62,211 nt of DNA from Symbiobacterium sp. (GCA_020725405.1 DYFB01000077.1:1-62211); one strand, 5' to 3'; counted from the first letter of the stretch, positions 38,543 to 48,705 are shown. Translations and numbers: made by a program. The notes: generated from the letters alone by a model not told the origin.

Positions 38543-39790
38543 ATGGCGCGACTGCGCATCCCCGCACCACCCGCTCTGGGCCGGGACATGAACCTCATCA
38601 TCATCTCTCTGATCCTGGCCAACATCGGGACCCATGCCGAGCAGCGGTTCTTCCAGCTCTACGTCCGCGAGCTGGGTGGGTCGGCCGTGAGCATCGGCCT
38701 TCTGGCGACCATCGCTAGCCTGGTCATTGTCGTCCTCTCGCCTGTGGGCGGGTGGCTGACCGACCGCTACCGCCGGGTGAAGCTCTACGCGGCGGCCCCG
38801 CTCCTTGGAACCGCCGGCTGCCTCCTGATGCTGACCGCGCCCAGGTGGGAGTGGCTCATCCCGGGGCTCATCCTCAGCTGGATGCCCGGGCTCATCGTCG
38901 GCCCCGCCCTCTTCGGTCTCGTCAGCGACCTCGGTCCGGTGGAGACCCGGGGCACGCGCTTCGCCTACCAGATGGCGGCCGCGGGCGTTTGCGCGACTCT
39001 CGGCCCGCTGGTGGGGGGATACATCTACAAGTACTTCGGCTACCGGACCTTCCTCGCCGCGCAGGCGGGAATGCTCGCGCTCGCGTCCCTCGTGCGCTTC
39101 TTCGTCCGCGACCCGAGGGACTCGGCCCGCCGGGATGCGGGCTACCGGCACCCCGGCCTTCTTCCCGGCCTGGCCACCGCCTTCCGGCAGATGGCGGGCT
39201 CCCGCCAGTTCATGCTGGTCTTCCTCGTCTCGACCGTGGCCACGTTCGGGATGGGGGCGGCCATGCACTTCACGTCGGTCTTCATGAACGAGGTTCTCCA
39301 CGTGAGCGAGGCCGACATGGGAATCCTCTACGCCGTCGCCGGGGCGGCCGGCATCGCCGCCAGCCTGGTGGGAGGGGTCGCCGCCGACCGGTTCGGGCGG
39401 AAGCCGGTCCTCGCCCTGACCGTGTTCGGGATGTCCCTCGGCCTTCTCTGGTTCAGCGGGGCCCGGACCCTGGCCTCTCTGGGAGGAGCCTGGCTCTTCC
39501 AGGGGTTCGCCGGCAGCCTGGGCGGTCCGGCGGCCGACGCGCTCATGGCCGACCTCACGGAAAAGGAGACGCGCGGCACCGTCCGGTCGGTCTTCACGGG
39601 CCTGCAGACTCTGGCCTTCCTGCCGGCACCCGTCCTGGGCGGGCTACTCTGGGAGCGGGTGGCGCCGGTCGCTCCGTTCTACGCGGGAGCGGCCATCATT
39701 GCCCTGGCGGGCGCCGTTCTCGTCATCTGGGTGCGCGAGCCGGGCCGGGCGGGGGCGTCCGGAGTTGAGGCCCCACAGTCGGCCGGCTGA
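38543..39790 (+). CDS. MFS transporter
   Basis: GGWLTDRYRR and GG.AADRFGRK motif A repeats; about 12 TMs. Confidence 0.93.
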   Translation: MARLRIPAPPALGRDMNLIIISLILANIGTHAEQRFFQLYVRELGGSAVSIGLLATIASLVIVVLSPVGGWLTDRYRRVKLYAAAPLLGTAGCLLMLTAPRWEWLIPGLILSWMPGLIVGPALFGLVSDLGPVETRGTRFAYQMAAAGVCATLGPLVGGYIYKYFGYRTFLAAQAGMLALASLVRFFVRDPRDSARRDAGYRHPGLLPGLATAFRQMAGSRQFMLVFLVSTVATFGMGAAMHFTSVFMNEVLHVSEADMGILYAVAGAAGIAASLVGGVAADRFGRKPVLALTVFGMSLGLLWFSGARTLASLGGAWLFQGFAGSLGGPAADALMADLTEKETRGTVRSVFTGLQTLAFLPAPVLGGLLWERVAPVAPFYAGAAIIALAGAVLVIWVREPGRAGASGVEAPQSAG

Positions 39791-39844
39791 GGCCGTGCCG
39801 GGCCAGCCGACAGGCTGAGGGCGTCGCCGCCCGTCCGGTGGCTC

Positions 39845-40687
39845 TCAAGGTAGGCCGAGGAGCCTGGAGGCATTCCCGCCCAGGATCTTGACCTTGGTCT
39901 CCTCGGAGAGGGGCAGGGCCCGGACTGCGGCGAGATTTCCCTGGATATCGAGATAGCCCGGCCAGTCCGACCCCCAGATGACCTTGTCGGCGACGCGTTC
40001 GAGCTCGGGAAAGTGCTCGAGGAGCCGCTTTGGCGGTATGCCGGATATCTCCATGTAGACGTTGGGGTGAAGGCGGGTCAGGAAGAAGGCCCGGTCGTAC
40101 CAGAAGCCGCGGCCGCTGTGGGCCATGATGACCCGGAGGCCGGGGAAGTCCACGGCCACGTCGTCCAGGAACAGGGGGTCACCGTACTTCATCCTCGACC
40201 CCCGGAAGACCGACGAGCCGGTGTGGAACATGACCGGCAGGCCGAGTTCCTCGGCCGCGGCGTAGACCGGGTAGACCACCGGGTCGTTCGGATAGAAGAA
40301 CTGGTAGGTCGGGTACATCTTGAGCCCGCGGAAGGCGTAGGTCTCGACGAGGCGCCTGAGCTCCCGGCCGGGGCGGTTGACGAGGTGGGGGTTGAGACTG
40401 GCGAAGGGTATGAACCGGGATCTCCCGGCGCAGAGCTCGGCCACCTTCTCGTTGGTGGTCACCCCGGTCGTCGCCGGGCTGTCCTCGGCGAGAAGGCAGG
40501 CGTAGTCGACGCCCGCCGCGGCAAGGAAGGCGTCGAGGTTGTCCGGGTCGGCGAAGGCCTTGAGGTGGTCATCCAGCCCGGGGCCGTACGTCTCCCGCAT
40601 CCACTCCACTATCCAGGGTTTGGCCGATCCCTCGACGACGGGGTGGACGTGGAAGTCCACGACCGGCGGCGCATCCTTCGGGGGCAT
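39845..40687 (-). CDS. amidohydrolase_2 family protein
   Basis: DFHVH, GLKMYP, MFHTG, MAHSG and WGSDWP motifs. Confidence 0.92.
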   Translation of the reverse strand: MPPKDAPPVVDFHVHPVVEGSAKPWIVEWMRETYGPGLDDHLKAFADPDNLDAFLAAAGVDYACLLAEDSPATTGVTTNEKVAELCAGRSRFIPFASLNPHLVNRPGRELRRLVETYAFRGLKMYPTYQFFYPNDPVVYPVYAAAEELGLPVMFHTGSSVFRGSRMKYGDPLFLDDVAVDFPGLRVIMAHSGRGFWYDRAFFLTRLHPNVYMEISGIPPKRLLEHFPELERVADKVIWGSDWPGYLDIQGNLAAVRALPLSEETKVKILGGNASRLLGLP

Positions 40688-40823
40688 AGCGACCTCCCAA
40701 CGCCGGTCCGGAGCAGACCGGCAACGGTGCCGGAGCCGGCCCCTCGCCAGCCCCGAGCTGGGAGGAGGTTTCTCCCGGGGTCCGGGTTTCCCTCTGTTGT
40801 GTTCTTGTCCCGACGCCGCCGGG

Positions 40824-40831
40824 CATAGGCT
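40824..40831 (+). promoter_or_regulatory. SigE-like -10 element (CATAGGCT) of pdaB
   Basis: CATAnnnT 21 nt upstream of GTG 40853; pdaB is SigE-dependent in Bacillus. Confidence 0.5.
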
Positions 40832-40852
40832 TTGGCGGGGCGGTGGTCGCCG

Positions 40853-41638
40853 GTGAGATGGAGCTTCTACAACCTTAGGTGGCTCCGGGGCGCCGCCCTC
40901 TGCCTTCTCGTCCTAGTGGTCTACCCGCTTGCCGCCGGTTGGGGCGGCGGCCCGGCCCGGATGGTCGCCCTCATCTCCGGGACGCCACGCCTCCTCCCGA
41001 TATACGGGGTCGACACCACCGAGAAGAAGGTCGCCATCTCTTTCGACGCCGCCTGGGGGGCCGAGAGAACCCCCGATATCCTCGACACTCTCGACCGCTA
41101 CGGGGTCAAGACAACGTTCTTCCTCGTAGGCTTCTGGATAGACGCCTACCCGGAGACCTTGAAGGAGATAGCGGAGAGGGGGCACGAGATCGGGAACCAC
41201 ACGGCCACCCACCCGCATCTGAACTCTCTCGGCAAGGAGGCCATAAAGGAGGAGCTCGCCTCGGTCCACGAGCAGATACGCGCCCTGACCGGACAGGAAC
41301 CCATCCTCTTCCGGCCGCCGTTCGGGGAGTACAGCAACAAGGTCATCGAGGCCGCCCAGGAGCTGGGCTACTACACCATCCAGTGGAGCGTCGACTCCCT
41401 CGACTGGCAGGACCTCAGCGCCGACGCCATTTACGACAGGGTCATACGAGCCATCCACCCCGGGGCCATCGTCCTCTTCCACAACAACGCCGTGAACACG
41501 CCGGGGGCCCTGCCCCGCATCCTGGAGACTCTCCAGGCCGAAGGCTACGAGGTGGTCCCCATATCGCAGCTTATCTACAGGGATAACTACTTCATCGATC
41601 ACCGGGGGTTCCAGAGGCGCCGACCAGGCGGGCCCTGA
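40853..41638 (+). CDS. pdaB: polysaccharide deacetylase, sporulation PdaB type
   Basis: PIY.VDT.EKKVAISFDAAWG, HEIGNH..TH, FRPPFGEY, WSVDSLDW and IVLFH motifs. Confidence 0.85.
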   Translation: MRWSFYNLRWLRGAALCLLVLVVYPLAAGWGGGPARMVALISGTPRLLPIYGVDTTEKKVAISFDAAWGAERTPDILDTLDRYGVKTTFFLVGFWIDAYPETLKEIAERGHEIGNHTATHPHLNSLGKEAIKEELASVHEQIRALTGQEPILFRPPFGEYSNKVIEAAQELGYYTIQWSVDSLDWQDLSADAIYDRVIRAIHPGAIVLFHNNAVNTPGALPRILETLQAEGYEVVPISQLIYRDNYFIDHRGFQRRRPGGP

Positions 41639-42518
41639 CCTCCTCACGCCGCCGGGCGTCGTCGTCAAGACTGAGGATGCGGCGGAGGTTTCCGCCGAGG
41701 ATGGCCTCCAGCGCGGCTCCCGGCAGGGGAAGGGCTTCGATCCAACTCCGGACGGCGGAGTAGCTGTGGCCTCCCTCAGGAAGCCGAAGCCCGTGCGGGC
41801 CACCGCTGGCGAAGAGGAGGCGGCCCGGCGGCACGTTCGAGGCCACCACCCTGAGCAGCTCGGCCGACATGTAGGGACCGGAGAGGTCGAAGTAGATGTT
41901 CGGACGGAGGCGGGCGGCCCGCCATAGGGCCGAGTAGTACGGGAGCCCGGCGTGGGCGAGGATGAAGCTCGTGGCTGGGAGACGGTCGGCGAGGTCGATG
42001 ACTGAGAGGCCCGTCGGGCGCGACCCTCCAAGGTGCAGGAGGACCGGGACCCCGAGCTCGCCGCACCGCTTGGCGGCGAGGAAGAGCTCGCGTTCGACGT
42101 TGAAGCCGTGAAGCCACGGATGGACCTTGACTCCCTTGAAGCCCGACTCGAGGTAGAGCTCCATGATGTCGGGATGCTGGGGGTCGGCGGGGTTGATGAA
42201 GACGAAGCCGATGAAACGGTCAGGGTGGGCGGCCACGGCTTCGGCCACCTCTTCGTTGTCGGGGCGGTCAGCGGTCCCGCACCAGTCGGACGGGCCAGCC
42301 TCCGGGCAGGGATCCCGCTTCTCGACGAGGCGGTTGTAGCGGGCGCGGCAGATAGGGCCCAGGGCGGAGAGGAGGAGCCTCGTGGGAACCTCGGCCGGGG
42401 GGGGCTCGACGGCCTCGGCGAAGAGGACGGTCCGATTGACCCCGCCTTCGTCCATCACTCGGAGCAGCTCGGCCGGGGGAAGCTCGCGGCTGAGGTAACA
42501 GTGGGCGTCAATTATCAC
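41592..42518 (-). CDS. amidohydrolase_2-like protein with degenerate metal site
   Basis: IDAHCY, GVKVHP, LLHLG, LAHAG and LFASGGP motifs. Confidence 0.85.
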   Translation of the reverse strand: MIIDAHCYLSRELPPAELLRVMDEGGVNRTVLFAEAVEPPPAEVPTRLLLSALGPICRARYNRLVEKRDPCPEAGPSDWCGTADRPDNEEVAEAVAAHPDRFIGFVFINPADPQHPDIMELYLESGFKGVKVHPWLHGFNVERELFLAAKRCGELGVPVLLHLGGSRPTGLSVIDLADRLPATSFILAHAGLPYYSALWRAARLRPNIYFDLSGPYMSAELLRVVASNVPPGRLLFASGGPHGLRLPEGGHSYSAVRSWIEALPLPGAALEAILGGNLRRILSLDDDARRREEVRARLVGASGTPGDR

Positions 42519-42676
42519 AATGAGGCCCTCCGATAAGCCTCGCCCCGATAGGCCGCGTCACCCGGGAGGCTGTTGGCAGAAGCTTCTACGCCTGGGGTGT
42601 GGTTCCTGCCTTAATCTTGACGACCCTTCTCCTCTTGCCTGTCCCGGTCCAGCCGTTGGGCGATCCGCGGCTCGAC

Positions 42677-43177
42677 TCACCTATCCCTCTCAAGCCGGTC
42701 GGCGAGTCCCGCCGGGCCGGCCGACGCCGATCGCAGGGGCGTCCGGACCGAGGTGAGGTAGTAGGCCAGGACGACGATGTGGATTCCCAGGCTCAGGACG
42801 AAGGCGTAGGCCAGGTTCCAGCCCGGGGAGTAGACCCGGAGGCCGGCCCGGAGGAAGAAGAACTCGATGAGGGTGAAGCCCGCCGGGAAGAGGAGGAGCC
42901 AGCCGAGACGGGCCAGAGAGTGCTCCGGCAGGAAGTAGACGAAGAGGATGACCGAGGGGACCCAGGCCAGGATGGCCCAGAAGGGTATGCCGAGGATGGG
43001 CCACATGACCTGCCCGAAGCCGTAGAGTCCGAAGATGGAGAAGGCGAGGATATTGACAAGCAGTCCGAGCGCGAACCCGGCGATGATCCCGAAGGGGATG
43101 AGACGCCTGAAGTGCTCCTGCGGGATGGCCAGCAGCGCGACGACCCACACGACGACCGCCAGGATGACCCAGCCCAT
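42677..43177 (-). CDS. membrane protein (CBO0543-like)
   Basis: About 5 hydrophobic helices, E......G...Y..GWN motif; SD AGGGAG. Confidence 0.65.
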   Translation of the reverse strand: MGWVILAVVVWVVALLAIPQEHFRRLIPFGIIAGFALGLLVNILAFSIFGLYGFGQVMWPILGIPFWAILAWVPSVILFVYFLPEHSLARLGWLLLFPAGFTLIEFFFLRAGLRVYSPGWNLAYAFVLSLGIHIVVLAYYLTSVRTPLRSASAGPAGLADRLERDR

Positions 43178-43216
43178 GACCGGACTCCCTTCGCCTGCGT
43201 AGTCTTTCCGGCAGCC

Positions 43217-43926
43217 CTATAGTGTCGCCAAAGAGACCAGGACTATGCAGGGGAGAAGGCAGCGGGTCCCGCCCGGCACCAGAGCGGCGACCCGGTCCGG
43301 CTCGACCGGCCGGGCGAGGTCGGCCGCGGCGCACTCCATCTCGAGGACCTCCATCATACGGTCGCAGACCGCGGCCGTCCGGCCGAGGGCTTCCCCCGCC
43401 CTTTCGAGGCCGGCAACGGGGCGGCCGCCGCCCAGGACGGAGCCCCTCCGCCCCCCGCCCGACCCCTCCGCGGCCAGGGACCTCACGTAGGCCGCCGCGC
43501 TGCGCTTGGCGTGGCTGTAGACGATGATGTTGCAGCGGAGGCCGAACTCCATGTGGCGGACGTAGTCCTCCAGCGAAGCGCGGTAGGCCGGAGCCGCCGC
43601 CGAACACGCCGCTCACCAGGAACACGCCGGCGGCGTCGTCGTGGCCGTAGACCACCCCTGGTATATCTCGGACAGAACGCCCAGCCGGTCGAAGGCGATC
43701 GAGTGCTCGCTGAGCCAGTCGTAGCTGGTCACCGAACTCGGGCAGCACTCCTGGTGCATGATGAGGTGGAAGGCCATTCCGGTGAGGCCCATGAGGTGCG
43801 GCGTATCGAGGCACTCATCCCGGCTGCCTTCAGGACGCCCTCCACCGCCCCCACGTAGCTGGTCCAGTTCGGCGCCATCAGGGCCCCGGTCTCGCGGCGC
43901 CTGCCGCTCTGGTTCTTTCCGGTCAT
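43217..43926 (-). pseudogene. frameshifted hypothetical gene (possibly BtrH N-terminal-like)
   Basis: Protein-like segments spread over different frames (TSYVGAVEGVLKAAG / LMGLTGMAFHL..CPSSVTSYDW / FGLRCN..YS.AKR.AA.Y) after SD GGAGG and ATG 43926. Confidence 0.6.
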
Positions 43927-44028
43927 TCCAGCATCCCTCCCTGGTTGGGCGCTGTCTTTCCCGGGTCATTCCTCCGCCGGGCCGCAACTCGCGCGCTGGC
44001 GACGCGGCAGCTGGGAGGACGCGCGGGG

Positions 44029-44057
44029 TTGCGCCCCGCGGCCCCGGGCCCCATAAT
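44029..44057 (+). promoter_or_regulatory. SigA-like promoter (TTGCGC-N17-CATAAT), predicting a leaderless mRNA
   Basis: The -10 ends 6 nt before ATG 44064; no SD. Confidence 0.6.
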
Positions 44058-44063
44058 GGGCCT

Positions 44064-44849
44064 ATGACCATCTTCGCCGGAGTGGACATCGGCTCGGCCG
44101 CGACCAAGGCCGTCGTCATCGAGATTCTCCCGGAGGGCAGGGCCCGCATCAGGGGCCTCCATCTCGCCCCCACCGGGTACGACAACGAGGCTGCCGGACG
44201 GACCGTCCTGTCCGGGGCTCTTGCCCGGGCCGGCCTCGAGCCCGGCGCTCTCGTCCGGACCGTGACCACGGGCTACGGACGCCACGCCCTGGCCACCGAT
44301 TCGGCCGTGACGGAGATAACCTGCCACGCCCGGGGCGCGGCCGAGCTCGTCCCCGCGGCTGGCTCGGTCATCGACGTCGGCGGCCAGGACAGTAAGGCCA
44401 TCGCCCTCGGCGAGCGGGGCCGCGTCCTCGACTTCGTCATGAACGACAAGTGCGCCGCCGGCACCGGCCGGTTCCTGGAGGTCATGGCTAGGGCTTTGGA
44501 GGTCCCCCTGGACGAGTTCGGCCCCCTCTCCCTGACCGCCCGCGAGGCGGCCGAGATAAGCAACACCTGCACGGTCTTCGCCGAGTCCGAGGTCATCTCC
44601 CAGAGAGCCGCCAGGCGGTCCAAGGAGGAGATTATCGCCGGCATTCACCGGGCCATGGCCCGGCGCATCGCTGGGATGGCCCGCCGCGTCGACCTGCGGG
44701 CGCCCGTGGTCATGTCCGGCGGCGTGGCCAGAAACGTCGGCCTTGTCCAGGCGGTCGAGAGGGAGCTAGGTCAGACCCTCGTCGTCCCGGAGCTCGCCCA
44801 GTTCGCCGGAGCCCTGGGCGCGGCCCTCCTGGCCTGGGAGAAGGGCTGA
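44064..44849 (+). CDS. 2-hydroxyacyl-CoA dehydratase activator (HgdC/BadG-type ASKHA ATPase)
   Basis: GVDIGS..TK, TTGYGR, EITCH, IDVGGQDSK, MNDKCAAGTG and CTVFAESE motifs. Confidence 0.93.
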   Translation: MTIFAGVDIGSAATKAVVIEILPEGRARIRGLHLAPTGYDNEAAGRTVLSGALARAGLEPGALVRTVTTGYGRHALATDSAVTEITCHARGAAELVPAAGSVIDVGGQDSKAIALGERGRVLDFVMNDKCAAGTGRFLEVMARALEVPLDEFGPLSLTAREAAEISNTCTVFAESEVISQRAARRSKEEIIAGIHRAMARRIAGMARRVDLRAPVVMSGGVARNVGLVQAVERELGQTLVVPELAQFAGALGAALLAWEKG

Positions 44850-45427
44850 TGGGCTGGAGGGCTGCGGCCGGAGGCGCGGCCGGAGGCCCGGCCGGAGGCC
44901 CGGCCGGCGGAGGCAAGGGCGGCCGGGCGGTGGTCGTCCGGGGCGCGGCCGTCCTCCTCATCCTCGCGGCGGCCGCCGGCTTCCTTGCCGCGCGTGAGAG
45001 CCGCTTCCTCGCCGAGGCCAGGGACATCGTGGCCGTCAGGTTCCTCGTTGAGAACGCCGGGCTCGGGGACGGGGGCGAAGGCGAGGGCCACCCCGAGGTC
45101 ACCGTCGAGGTGGCGGTGAGCCGGGCCGAGCGGGAGCGCGGGCTCATCGGCCGCGCGGGCCTCGCCCCCGCGACGGGTATGCTCTTCGTCTACCGCGACG
45201 AGAAGCCCAGGCGCTTCACGACCGAGGGGATGAGCTTCGCCATCGACATCATCACCCTGGCGACGGACGGCGTGGTGACCGGGATCTTGACCAGGTCTCC
45301 CGGGGCGCCGCCGCTCGATACCCCGCCCGCCCGCTACGTCCTCGAGGTTCCCGCCGGCTGGGCGGCCGCCCACGGCGTAGCACCCGGGACGCGGGCGGTC
45401 CTCCTGAGGCGGGGAGGTCCTCAGTGA
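44849..45427 (+). CDS. DUF192-domain membrane-anchored protein
   Basis: VEVA...ER.RGL, GMLF, IDII and YVLEVPAG motifs. Confidence 0.88.
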   Translation: MGWRAAAGGAAGGPAGGPAGGGKGGRAVVVRGAAVLLILAAAAGFLAARESRFLAEARDIVAVRFLVENAGLGDGGEGEGHPEVTVEVAVSRAERERGLIGRAGLAPATGMLFVYRDEKPRRFTTEGMSFAIDIITLATDGVVTGILTRSPGAPPLDTPPARYVLEVPAGWAAAHGVAPGTRAVLLRRGGPQ

Positions 45428-46443
45428 GGACCCGGGGATTGAGCCGGGGCCAGCTTCTCGCCGGGGCGGCGGCGGTCTTCTACGCCCTCCAGAACCTGTC
45501 CATGCGGGTGGCGGCCCCGGCCGTCGACCCGCTCGTGGTCACCCTCTTCGCCGGTTTCCCCACGCTCATCACCGCCCTGGCCGTCACTCTGGCCAGTCCC
45601 TCGAGGCGCGCGCGGCTCGCCCGCCTCGGCGGCGAGGCCCGGGGACGCTGGCTCATGGCCGGGCTGGCCGCGGCGGGCGTGGTCATGTACCTCGTCGGGA
45701 ACCCCCTCTTCGTCCGGGCTCTCGCTCTCGGCGGGGCGGTCGTGGCCACTCCGACCGGGAGCACCGTTGTCATCTGGTCGGCTCTCCTGGCTGCGGTCCT
45801 GCTCAGGGAGCGGATGAATCGCCTGGCCACCGCCGGCATCGCCGTCTTCGTCGCCGGGGTTCTTCTCCTGTCGCTTGGCCAGGCGTCGGAGGTGCCGGCC
45901 GGCCCCGGGTGGTACTGGGCCATACCCCTCGGAACGGCCGCCGGTCTGTGCTGGTCAACGGGTGGCCTGGGAACGCGCCTCGCGCACTCCCGGGGGGTGG
46001 ACACGTTCGCCATCCTGGCCCTCTACGGGGTGGCCGGGCTCGGCGCCGTCGGGCTCGTGAGCTCCGTCACGGGCGGGCTCGGAGGCTTCTTCGCCTGGCT
46101 CGGCGGCCGCCCGGACGCCGGCGGGACCCTCGCCGCTCTCGTCCTCGCCGGCCTGTTCAACCTCGGCGCCGAGGTCACCCTGACGGTGGCCCTGCTCCTG
46201 GAGACGGTGGCCAGGACCGCGGTCATCAGCTCGTCCTCGGTGACCATCGTCGCTCTCCTGGCCTGGGCCTTCCTCGGCGACGCCCTCAACCTAACCATGC
46301 TGGCCGGCGTCCTGGCCGTGTTCGCCGGGGCGGCCCTCGTCCAGAGCCAAACGGTGCGGGCCGGAGCCCCCGGGGCCCTGCCCGGGCCGACGGTGGCCAG
46401 CGGCGGTCCGGCCGCAAGCGCGGGGCCCTCGAGCGGGGCGTAG
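45424..46443 (+). CDS. DMT/EamA-family transporter
   Basis: About 10 TMs in two repeats, LLRER and FLGD motifs. Confidence 0.85.
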   Translation: MRTRGLSRGQLLAGAAAVFYALQNLSMRVAAPAVDPLVVTLFAGFPTLITALAVTLASPSRRARLARLGGEARGRWLMAGLAAAGVVMYLVGNPLFVRALALGGAVVATPTGSTVVIWSALLAAVLLRERMNRLATAGIAVFVAGVLLLSLGQASEVPAGPGWYWAIPLGTAAGLCWSTGGLGTRLAHSRGVDTFAILALYGVAGLGAVGLVSSVTGGLGGFFAWLGGRPDAGGTLAALVLAGLFNLGAEVTLTVALLLETVARTAVISSSSVTIVALLAWAFLGDALNLTMLAGVLAVFAGAALVQSQTVRAGAPGALPGPTVASGGPAASAGPSSGA

Positions 46444-46548
46444 AATTCTACCGAACGGCAGGAAGAATCCCCCCGCGGTGAGAACACTCCCGGGGCGCGG
46501 GCCATCGGGCCCGGGGTCCGGCCAACCTTCGCTCGAGGCGGTGACTCC

Positions 46549-48705
46549 TTGCACCAGATTTCCACGGCCAGCTACGACCCTATAGTCATGGAGAGGTTCT
46601 TCAACCCGAGCTCCGTCGTCGTCGTCGGGGTTTCCCGGATGACGGGCGAAGGCTCTTTCAACATCCTGGAGAACCTTATCGCCTTCGGCTACCGGGGCCG
46701 CCTCTACGGGGTGAACCCCAAGGCGACCGAGATTCTCGGCGTCCCGTGCTTCCCGCGGGCCCAGGACCTCCCGGAAGTCCCGGACCTCGCCGTCATCACC
46801 GTCCCCCGGGAGATCGTCCCGCAGGTCATCCGCGACTGCTGTGAGAAGGGCATCCGCCTTTTCATCCTGGTCACCCAGGGTCTCGCCGAGGCCGACGAGC
46901 GGGGAGTCGTCCTCCAGGCCGAGTTCATGGCCGAGCTTCGCCGCCACGGCGCCCGTCTCATCGGCCCCAACACCCTCGGGACAGTGAACGTCTTCGACTC
47001 CTTCTCGTCCTCCTTCATGCCGATCACCCGGAAGGAGCCCCTGGGGTCGGCCATCATCTGCCAGACGGGGCTCTTCCTGGCCACCGACCTCGGACCGACG
47101 ACCGGTCTCGGCAAGGGGGTCGACGTCGGCAACCAGGCCGACATCGGGTTCCCCGAGTGCCTCCGCCATCTCGGCGACGACCCGCGGGTCGAGGTGGTGG
47201 CCCTGCACATGGAGGGCCTCCGCCCCGGCGAGGGCCGGGAGTTCGTCAGGGTCGCCCGGGAGGTCACGGCGCGCAAGCCGGTGCTGGTCTACAAGACGGC
47301 CCGGAGCGTGGTCGGGGCCGAGGCGGCCGGATCTCACAGCGGTTCGCTGGCCGGCTCGGACGTGGTCTACCAGGCGGCCTTCGACGAGGCCGGGGTCATC
47401 CGCCTGGCCGACGTCGACGACCTTGACGACAGCGTCAAGGCCTTCCTGCATCTTCCGCCGATGCGGGGACGGCGCGTGGCGGTCATCAGCGCCTCCGGCG
47501 GCGGGGGCATCATGGCCGCCGATGCCTGCGAGGACTACGGGCTCGAGCTCGCCAGGTTCTCGCCGGAGACGATGAAGGGCTTGCGCGAGCTCTACCCCTC
47601 CTGGATGGAGCCGGGGAACCCCCTCGACGTCTGGCCAGCCTCCATCGGCAAGCTCTACCCGCCGGTTTTTCAGGCCTGCTTCGAGCTTGTTGCCTCCGAC
47701 CCCAACGTGGACGGCATCCTCTGCATAGGGGGAGCCTTCACCCTGGCCGGCCTGGACGTCGGCGACTTCGTCGTCCTCGCCGCCGAGACCAGGCGCGACA
47801 AGCCCATCGTCTGGTGGCTCCAGGGGCGGAAGGCCGCCAGCATCGCCGCCCGGGTCGAGGCCTCGCGGAAGTGCGCCGTCTACCCGTCGGCCGACCGGGC
47901 CGTGCGGGCCCTCGCCCGGCTGGCCCGCTACCACGTCGACGTGAAGGGGCGGAATGAGGAGCCTCTCCTCCGGCCGGAGGGCCTCCCGCCGGCACCGGAG
48001 GCGGCGGCGAGCCCCGCCACTTCGGCCGTGGATCCCGCCGGCCCGGCCGTCGGGGGCGGGGTGGACGGGGCGGCCGCCGGCTTCCGCCTCCTCGAGAGCT
48101 ACGGCATCCCCGTGGCCCGGTGGGCCACCGCCGCCACCCCGGAGGAGGCCGCCACGGCGGCCGGGCGTCTGGGCTTCCCCGTCGTCCTGAAGGCGGCCGG
48201 TCCGCCCGCCCTCCACAAGACCGAGCTCGGGGCCGTCCGGCTGGGGCTCGGGACACCCGAGGCCGTGGTCGAGGCCGGTCGCGACATCGTGACCCGGGTC
48301 GGCCACCTTGGCCTTGGCGGGGTCGGTCTCCTCGTCCAGGAGTACCTCCCCGACGGCCACGAGGTCATCGTCGGGTCTAGGCGCGACCCCCACTTCGGAC
48401 CGACGGTCCTCTTCGGTCTGGGGGGCATCTTCACCGAGGTCCTGAAGGACGTGGCCGTGGCCCTGGCCCCGGTCGGCCCGGCCCAGGCCGGAGTTCTCGT
48501 CCGGAAGACGCGCGGCCACGCCGTCCTGGAGGGGGCCCGGGGCCGGGAACCGGCCGACCTGGAGGCCCTGGTCGACCTCATCGTCCGGTTCTCGTGGCTG
48601 GTGACCGACCACCCGGAGATCGCCGAGATCGACCTTAACCCGGTGAAGGTCTTTGCCGCTGGCCGGGGCTGTGCGGCGGTGGACGCGAGGGTTCTCCTGG
48701 GCTAG
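46549..48705 (+). CDS. ADP-forming acyl-CoA synthetase (acetate--CoA ligase family, alpha-beta fusion)
   Basis: FFNP.SV.VVG.S, IGPNTLG, SHSGSLAG, SGGGG, NPLD, HKTELG, DP.FGP..FGLGG and EIDLNP motifs. Confidence 0.93.
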   Translation: MHQISTASYDPIVMERFFNPSSVVVVGVSRMTGEGSFNILENLIAFGYRGRLYGVNPKATEILGVPCFPRAQDLPEVPDLAVITVPREIVPQVIRDCCEKGIRLFILVTQGLAEADERGVVLQAEFMAELRRHGARLIGPNTLGTVNVFDSFSSSFMPITRKEPLGSAIICQTGLFLATDLGPTTGLGKGVDVGNQADIGFPECLRHLGDDPRVEVVALHMEGLRPGEGREFVRVAREVTARKPVLVYKTARSVVGAEAAGSHSGSLAGSDVVYQAAFDEAGVIRLADVDDLDDSVKAFLHLPPMRGRRVAVISASGGGGIMAADACEDYGLELARFSPETMKGLRELYPSWMEPGNPLDVWPASIGKLYPPVFQACFELVASDPNVDGILCIGGAFTLAGLDVGDFVVLAAETRRDKPIVWWLQGRKAASIAARVEASRKCAVYPSADRAVRALARLARYHVDVKGRNEEPLLRPEGLPPAPEAAASPATSAVDPAGPAVGGGVDGAAAGFRLLESYGIPVARWATAATPEEAATAAGRLGFPVVLKAAGPPALHKTELGAVRLGLGTPEAVVEAGRDIVTRVGHLGLGGVGLLVQEYLPDGHEVIVGSRRDPHFGPTVLFGLGGIFTEVLKDVAVALAPVGPAQAGVLVRKTRGHAVLEGARGREPADLEALVDLIVRFSWLVTDHPEIAEIDLNPVKVFAAGRGCAAVDARVLLG

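Noticed and set aside
46291-48612. Long antisense or alternate-frame ORFs (also 19511..21775, 55336..57063, 59750..61564)
   Set aside because: Expected stop-poor shadows of real genes in high-GC DNA, with no recognisable motifs.
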